Below, one piece after another: positions 60,201-64,000 of a stretch of 64,000 bases of DNA; within the stretch, counting starts at the first letter, position 1, and each line of letters opens with the position of its first letter. The stretch covers positions 62,001 through 126,000 of the forward strand of contig JASTWF010000329.1 of assembly GCA_030390025.1 (NCBI GenBank). Direction: 5' to 3'. The position numbers were made by a program, and so were the translations under genes. Below the pieces are notes generated by a model. That model ran no database searches, was not told the origin of the DNA, and was given only the letters and a program-made list of their open reading frames with translations. This DNA is from Squalus acanthias. Lineage: Eukaryota.

Positions 60201-61117
60201 TCCCGCCTCTTGGTCGACCCCTTCGCGTACTCCTGACAGAAGACGCGGACGTGAGCCTTGCCCACGTCCCACCATAGCCTCAAGGAGGGGAAGCCTCCCC
60301 GCTTCCTTCTCCAGTCGGCCCAGAACCGGCGAAACGAATCCCGGAACCGCGCGTCCTCCAGCAGCAGGTTGTTAAAATGCCAGTACGCGGACCCCCCCCG
60401 CGCGCGCAGCGGAGCGAGCTCCGCCCACACCAGGTGGTGGTCCGTGCACGGCACCGGCCGCATGGAAGCCGCCGGAACGCAGGAGACGTACGCCCGGGAA
60501 ATGTAAAGGCGGTCGATTCTGGACCTTCCTCCTCCAGACCTCACGCTCGTGAAGGCGCTGGAGTCGGGATGGAGATTTCGCCAGACGTCCACCAAGTCGA
60601 AGGACCCGACCAGGTCCCGCAACTTCTCCATCGCCGCCGGGCTTCGCGGGGGACCCGACCGGTCCCGCGCCTCGAGGGTACAATTGAAATCCCCCCCGAG
60701 GATGACGCACTCGCCCACGTCGATGGAGCCCAGAAGAGCGGACACTTCTCCGAAGAAGCGCACTTGCTGCGCACCGGTCCGGGGGGCGTACACGTTCACT
60801 AAATGGAGCGGCACGCCTCCCAGGCGAACAGTGACCTGGAGCAAGCGGCCCGGCACGTGCTCCTTGACCCTCAAGATCTCCGGCTGAAAATGCGGGGCCA
60901 GCAAGACAGCCACCCCGCAGGAATTGTTGGAGAGGTGACTCATGCTGACCCCTCCTTGCCACTCCAGGAGCCACGTGGCCTCGTCTCCCGGAACGGTGTG
61001 GGTTTCTTGCAGGAAGCACACCGCATATTTCCCGTCCCGAAGGACCGAGAAGTTATTGAATCTACGGCGCGCCTCCCTGCTGCCGTTGATGTTGAGGCTG
61101 GCTATGGTTATCTTCAT
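57218..61117 (-). CDS. Tx1 ORF2 (copy 2)
   Basis: Same motifs as copy 1; only a handful of amino-acid differences. Confidence 0.97.
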   Translation of the reverse strand: MKITIASLNINGSREARRRFNNFSVLRDGKYAVCFLQETHTVPGDEATWLLEWQGGVSMSHLSNNSCGVAVLLAPHFQPEILRVKEHVPGRLLQVTVRLGGVPLHLVNVYAPRTGAQQVRFFGEVSALLGSIDVGECVILGGDFNCTLEARDRSGPPRSPAAMEKLRDLVGSFDLVDVWRNLHPDSSAFTSVRSGGGRSRIDRLYISRAYVSCVPAASMRPVPCTDHHLVWAELAPLRARGGSAYWHFNNLLLEDARFRDSFRRFWADWRRKRGGFPSLRLWWDVGKAHVRVFCQEYAKGSTKRREARVGRLEKEVLDLESRLGQVVEDPALRKVYEEKKGALKDLQLVGSRGAYVRSRIQFLRDLDRGSPFFYSLEKRRGVRKQLLGLLADDGSLVSDPEGISAEARAYYGALFSSDPSSEDARRVLWEDLPKVGPEGAENLEAPLSLAELTGALRQLSRGKSPGLDGLTVEFHRAFWDVLGDDYARVLGESLATGEMPLSWRRAVIVLLPKKGDLRLLKNWRPVSLLSTDYKIFARAMSARLGTVLARMIHPDQSYTVPGRSIHDNIHLVRDLVHHSQRAGLSVAFLSLDQEKAFDRVDHEYLFGTLRAFGFGTHFVARIRLLYAAAECLIKVNGSLTAPLRFGRGVRQGCPMSGQLYAVCVEPFLRLLRKRLTGLALQGPGVEVVLSAYADDVLLAVTDPVDLRRMRECQQIYSDASSAKINWEKCSGLLVGPWQVDSLPEEFGPFAWSTTHLLYLGVYLSPAEDAWPANWQELEAKVTARLGRWTGLLRVLSYRGRALVINQLVAAMLWYRLVTLIPPPAFVAKMQKKLVDFFWDKRKHWVSAAVLSLPLREGGQALVCLRTQAATFRLQTLQRYLYVENPPRWRVLATYFFRQLHGLNYDTQLLFVRVGGTRASLRELPVFYQELLWVWNSVASERSSPPSGAAAVLREPLFRNPHLHDRGFGWLAEGRAVPGKVTRVGDLLDGGGAGWMAPEELARRMSWVNVRLAVKAIESLKVALGPVSTRCVEEAQARGAIPSELTPVRTEFLIGARPRILPREPPPHHLSLLGEMPSVPFQSARRRFLYGLLLHTLHFAIFVCRPDTPWRTILPSGGGEGPHWKALYAGVFPCSIGDLAWRVLHGAVPCNRILSRFTDSQAACHFCGLEESVYHIYVECERLQPLFHYLKGLLLNFWLHFSPTLLIYGHPVRRGAGRSEDLLVGLLLGLAKKAINWSRQRAVEGVVRPDCLPLFRGHVRARVALEMEHAVSAGTLEFFRDRWAPRGLECIITPDFQILI

Positions 61118-61142
61118 CTCAGAAGCATAGTGCAACCTCTAC

Positions 61143-63293
61143 CTAACGGAGGGGAGGGAGGGCGGTCACTGACGACCGCCACTCCCTCAGCAGCCCAGTG
61201 TGGAACGTCTTGAGCCGACGCAGCTCGAGCCGGCCAACGTCCTTGTCCGCGCCCATGATTTTAACGGCGGCGCGGACGGACACGACGAGCAGCGTCAGCT
61301 CCGACCACTTGTCGAGGGCCAGCCGGATCTTCTTGTGACGACCCTGGCTCATGGCCATAAAATCCCGGAGTTCCCCTACGGGGATGAGGGGAGAGTCGGT
61401 GAAGGGCACGAGGGCGTCCATCGCCTCGCTGCCGATGGACTCCAAATCGTCCTCGATGCCCCCCACCGAGTCCCCGTCCTCCTCCGGGAGGTCGTCACCG
61501 GCGGCCAACCCGTCCGTCACACAGGGTGCAGCGAACGGCTCGGCCGCACCGGCCGGCCCCGCCTCCGTCACGATCCCACCCCCAGGATCGGTGGCAGAGG
61601 AGTCCACCCTGGGCTCCTTCAGGGGCGCCGGGCCGGGAGGCGGCGGCGGCGGTTCGGGGCCCCCCCCCGCCTCAGGCGCCGGGGCGACCGGAGAAACCGG
61701 GGAGAAAATAATCCCAAATTCCTCCAGCACGTCCGGCGCCAACAACAGAGACGGAGTCAGGGGGCTTTCCGTCTCCCCGCCACCAACCTCCGACCCAGCG
61801 GGCTGGGGATTGCTACACTCCTCCACCAGGTCGAGCAGTCCCTGGGAGATATCTGGGTTATAAAAGGCGGGCTCGGCTTCAGCCTCTTTGGCCTCGCCCG
61901 CCCCAGTCCCCAGGACGCCCGACCCGGCGAGGAGCAACGGTTCAGGTTCTACATTTTCTTCCGCGGGTTGTTCCGCGCCCCCCCCCACGGGCAGGGTCTC
62001 TTCCCCATCCCCGGGAGGCACAGGTCGGACAGACTCGGCTGTCTCACCCTCCCGAGGGACAGACGACCCCTGCCGATCGCGCGCGACGATGACGGTGGTG
62101 GGGTGGGGCGCAGCACCCGCGGCGGGCGACTGCCCCCCTTTTGCGGAGGGACCTTCCTCCTCGCAGTCCTCCTGCTGGGGGCGGAGCTTTCTTTTTAACG
62201 TATTGGGGCCCGGAGAGGGGGAGGCCTCCATGTCTGCTGGGGCCTCCCTCTCTGCCCCCTTCCGACGACTGGGTTTCTTGGGCCCCTCGGGCCCGAGCCC
62301 GGCCGCAGGTCTTGATTCAGCTGCCTCAGCAGTTGCGGTCACGGTCACGGGCCCGGGCACGAGGACCCCCCCAGTCTCATGCGTCCCGACCAACTCCGCG
62401 ATATACTCGGGCGTGAGTTCGGCCAATTCAGATGTTTCCTCCGCGAGGGGATCCGCCCTTATGTGTTTATTTTTCCTACGCGCCTTCCTTCCCCCCGGAC
62501 GCTCTCCCTCCTCCCCGCCGGAGGCCGTGGTGGTGTTGGCCTCCGATTCCGACCGCGCATCCGTCGCCGTGCGGACAGCATCAGGGGGAGGGGGGGTGGC
62601 GGCGCCAACCCTGGCCGCGCCAGGTGTCGTGGCGGCCTTGGAGGCGGGGCAGTTTTTGCGGACGTGCCCCACCTCCTTACAGGCGTAGCACCGCACGCCG
62701 TCCGAGGTCCAGAAGACGCGGTGGGCGGTCCCCCCGTGGAGCACCGTGAACGCGCCGTCCGCGTCCTCCTCCCGCGCCAGCCGGACGAAAAGCTGGCGCC
62801 GGAAGGAGAAGACGTGCCGAAGGCTGGCTTCCCGGAAGCCGAGCGGGATGGGTGTGATCCCCGACCTCACCTCCCCCAGTTGACGTAGGTGGGGGAGGAG
62901 GAGCTCACCCGGAACAAAGGGCGGGACGTTGGAAACCACAATCCTTTGCGCGGTGGCCTCAAGGGGGTCCACCGGCAGGAAGGTCCCGCCCACGGTGAGC
63001 CCCTTCTCGATGGCCAGGGACACCGCCCGCTCCGACCCCAGGAAGAACACAGCCTTGCCGTACATTTTAGAGGCGGCGACGATGGCTGAAGGGCCGACAA
63101 CCCCAGCCATGGCTTTTACACACGCCTCTATAGTCATGTTGGGGTGAGTGTAGCTCTTGACCCCATTCTTCCTCGTAAGGAGGGTAAAAGGTGACGGGGT
63201 AACAGGAGGACTCGTGGCTGCGGCCGTGGCCGCGGCTGCCACGCTTGCGTACGTCCTCGCTGCCCCCGCCACCGACGAAGATGTACTCGCCAT
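61143..63293 (-). CDS. Tx1 ORF1 (copy 2)
   Basis: Same CCHC knuckle; compensating in-frame indels relative to copy 1. Confidence 0.93.
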   Translation of the reverse strand: MASTSSSVAGAARTYASVAAAATAAATSPPVTPSPFTLLTRKNGVKSYTHPNMTIEACVKAMAGVVGPSAIVAASKMYGKAVFFLGSERAVSLAIEKGLTVGGTFLPVDPLEATAQRIVVSNVPPFVPGELLLPHLRQLGEVRSGITPIPLGFREASLRHVFSFRRQLFVRLAREEDADGAFTVLHGGTAHRVFWTSDGVRCYACKEVGHVRKNCPASKAATTPGAARVGAATPPPPDAVRTATDARSESEANTTTASGGEEGERPGGRKARRKNKHIRADPLAEETSELAELTPEYIAELVGTHETGGVLVPGPVTVTATAEAAESRPAAGLGPEGPKKPSRRKGAEREAPADMEASPSPGPNTLKRKLRPQQEDCEEEGPSAKGGQSPAAGAAPHPTTVIVARDRQGSSVPREGETAESVRPVPPGDGEETLPVGGGAEQPAEENVEPEPLLLAGSGVLGTGAGEAKEAEAEPAFYNPDISQGLLDLVEECSNPQPAGSEVGGGETESPLTPSLLLAPDVLEEFGIIFSPVSPVAPAPEAGGGPEPPPPPPGPAPLKEPRVDSSATDPGGGIVTEAGPAGAAEPFAAPCVTDGLAAGDDLPEEDGDSVGGIEDDLESIGSEAMDALVPFTDSPLIPVGELRDFMAMSQGRHKKIRLALDKWSELTLLVVSVRAAVKIMGADKDVGRLELRRLKTFHTGLLREWRSSVTALPPLR

Positions 63294-64000
63294 AATGGAG
63301 GGTTCTTTAAGGGCTACACTCACCCCAAGTCACAGGCCTGAAGGTGTTAATGGCCTCGGTTTTTTTTTTGTTTTCCCCCGAGCAGAGGGAGCTCTTAAAT
63401 TGAAGGCACACCTCTCCCTTTAGTTGATTGAATTGGGAGAGGGGCCTTCTCCCCTCTGCTCAATGGGTACTTAATTAAAATAGATTGAGGTGCCTCTTAG
63501 AGAGAGAGGCAGAGAGAGACAAGAGACAAAGAGAGAGAGAGAGAGGGGGGTGGGAAGGAGGGAAGCCGCAAGGGCAGGGTCGCCACTCAGGATGGTGGGT
63601 GGGTGGGTGTTGGCAGGGGGGTGCACTCTCCGATGTAATACAAGTCTTTGGTGGTGGTCTTCTGGTGGGGGGAGAAGATGTCTTCACCTGGGATAGCTGG
63701 AGATGCCCAGGCTCAGTCCTGCACCAGGTCTTAACGATGCCCAATTGGATTAAATTAATTGGGGAACTTCACCTAGGCAGCTCCAGCTGTCCCAGGTCAG
63801 GCAATGGGAAAGGGGTGTTTAATATGGTGTGTGCGGCCTAGCTTTTACAGAAGCCACACACACACACGCCCCTTGGATGTTCCGGCCTTCTTCTTGTCTT
63901 CTTTCCTCCCCCCACCTACAAAACAAAGTCTCTGGGAGAGTGCCCCAGAATCACACCCACCTGTAGCTGATATTCTTTCCTTCCTTCCTCCTTCCAAACA

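Larger units (their letters stand above)
57150..64000 (-). mobile_element. Tx1-clade retrotransposon, copy 2 (5' UTR runs off window)
   Basis: Near-identical to copy 1 at offset 7162; both ORFs open. Confidence 0.93.

Noticed and set aside
50068..63841. Many antisense and alternate-frame ORFs over the Tx1 copies
   Set aside because: Expected shadow ORFs of GC-rich coding sequence, with no recognisable motifs.

Overview
Eukaryotic, vertebrate DNA, most likely from a shark or other cartilaginous fish (inferred from the V-SINE, DeuSINE and CR1 repeat content and the zinc-finger style). The window is part of a duplicated cluster of C2H2 zinc-finger genes with no effector domain visible. There are three paralogs of one type, here called ZNF-A (~2.1-3.0 kb +, ~21.8-22.7 kb -, ~35.4-36.3 kb +). 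Each is preceded by an NRF1/YY1-rich promoter and a 63-bp repeat and followed by a 67-bp satellite. There is one intact 13-finger gene, ZNF-B (29.1-30.2 kb -), plus the promoter of a ZNF-B paralog after an N gap. Between these lie 107-, 58- and 27-bp minisatellites, many CR1 LINE fragments, SINEs, and two families of Penelope-like elements (PLEs) carrying minimal hammerhead ribozyme motifs. The most striking observation: two near-identical, ORF-intact Tx1-clade LINEs sit head-to-tail (49975 to beyond 64000). The 3' end of each abuts the same nucleotide of a Penelope terminal repeat, ~40 bp from its hammerhead cleavage site, and the matching empty paralogous site is present at 31749/31750. This suggests a Tx1 family that site-specifically targets Penelope pLTRs. 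Everything was read by eye; no database searches were run, so novelty is unverified.
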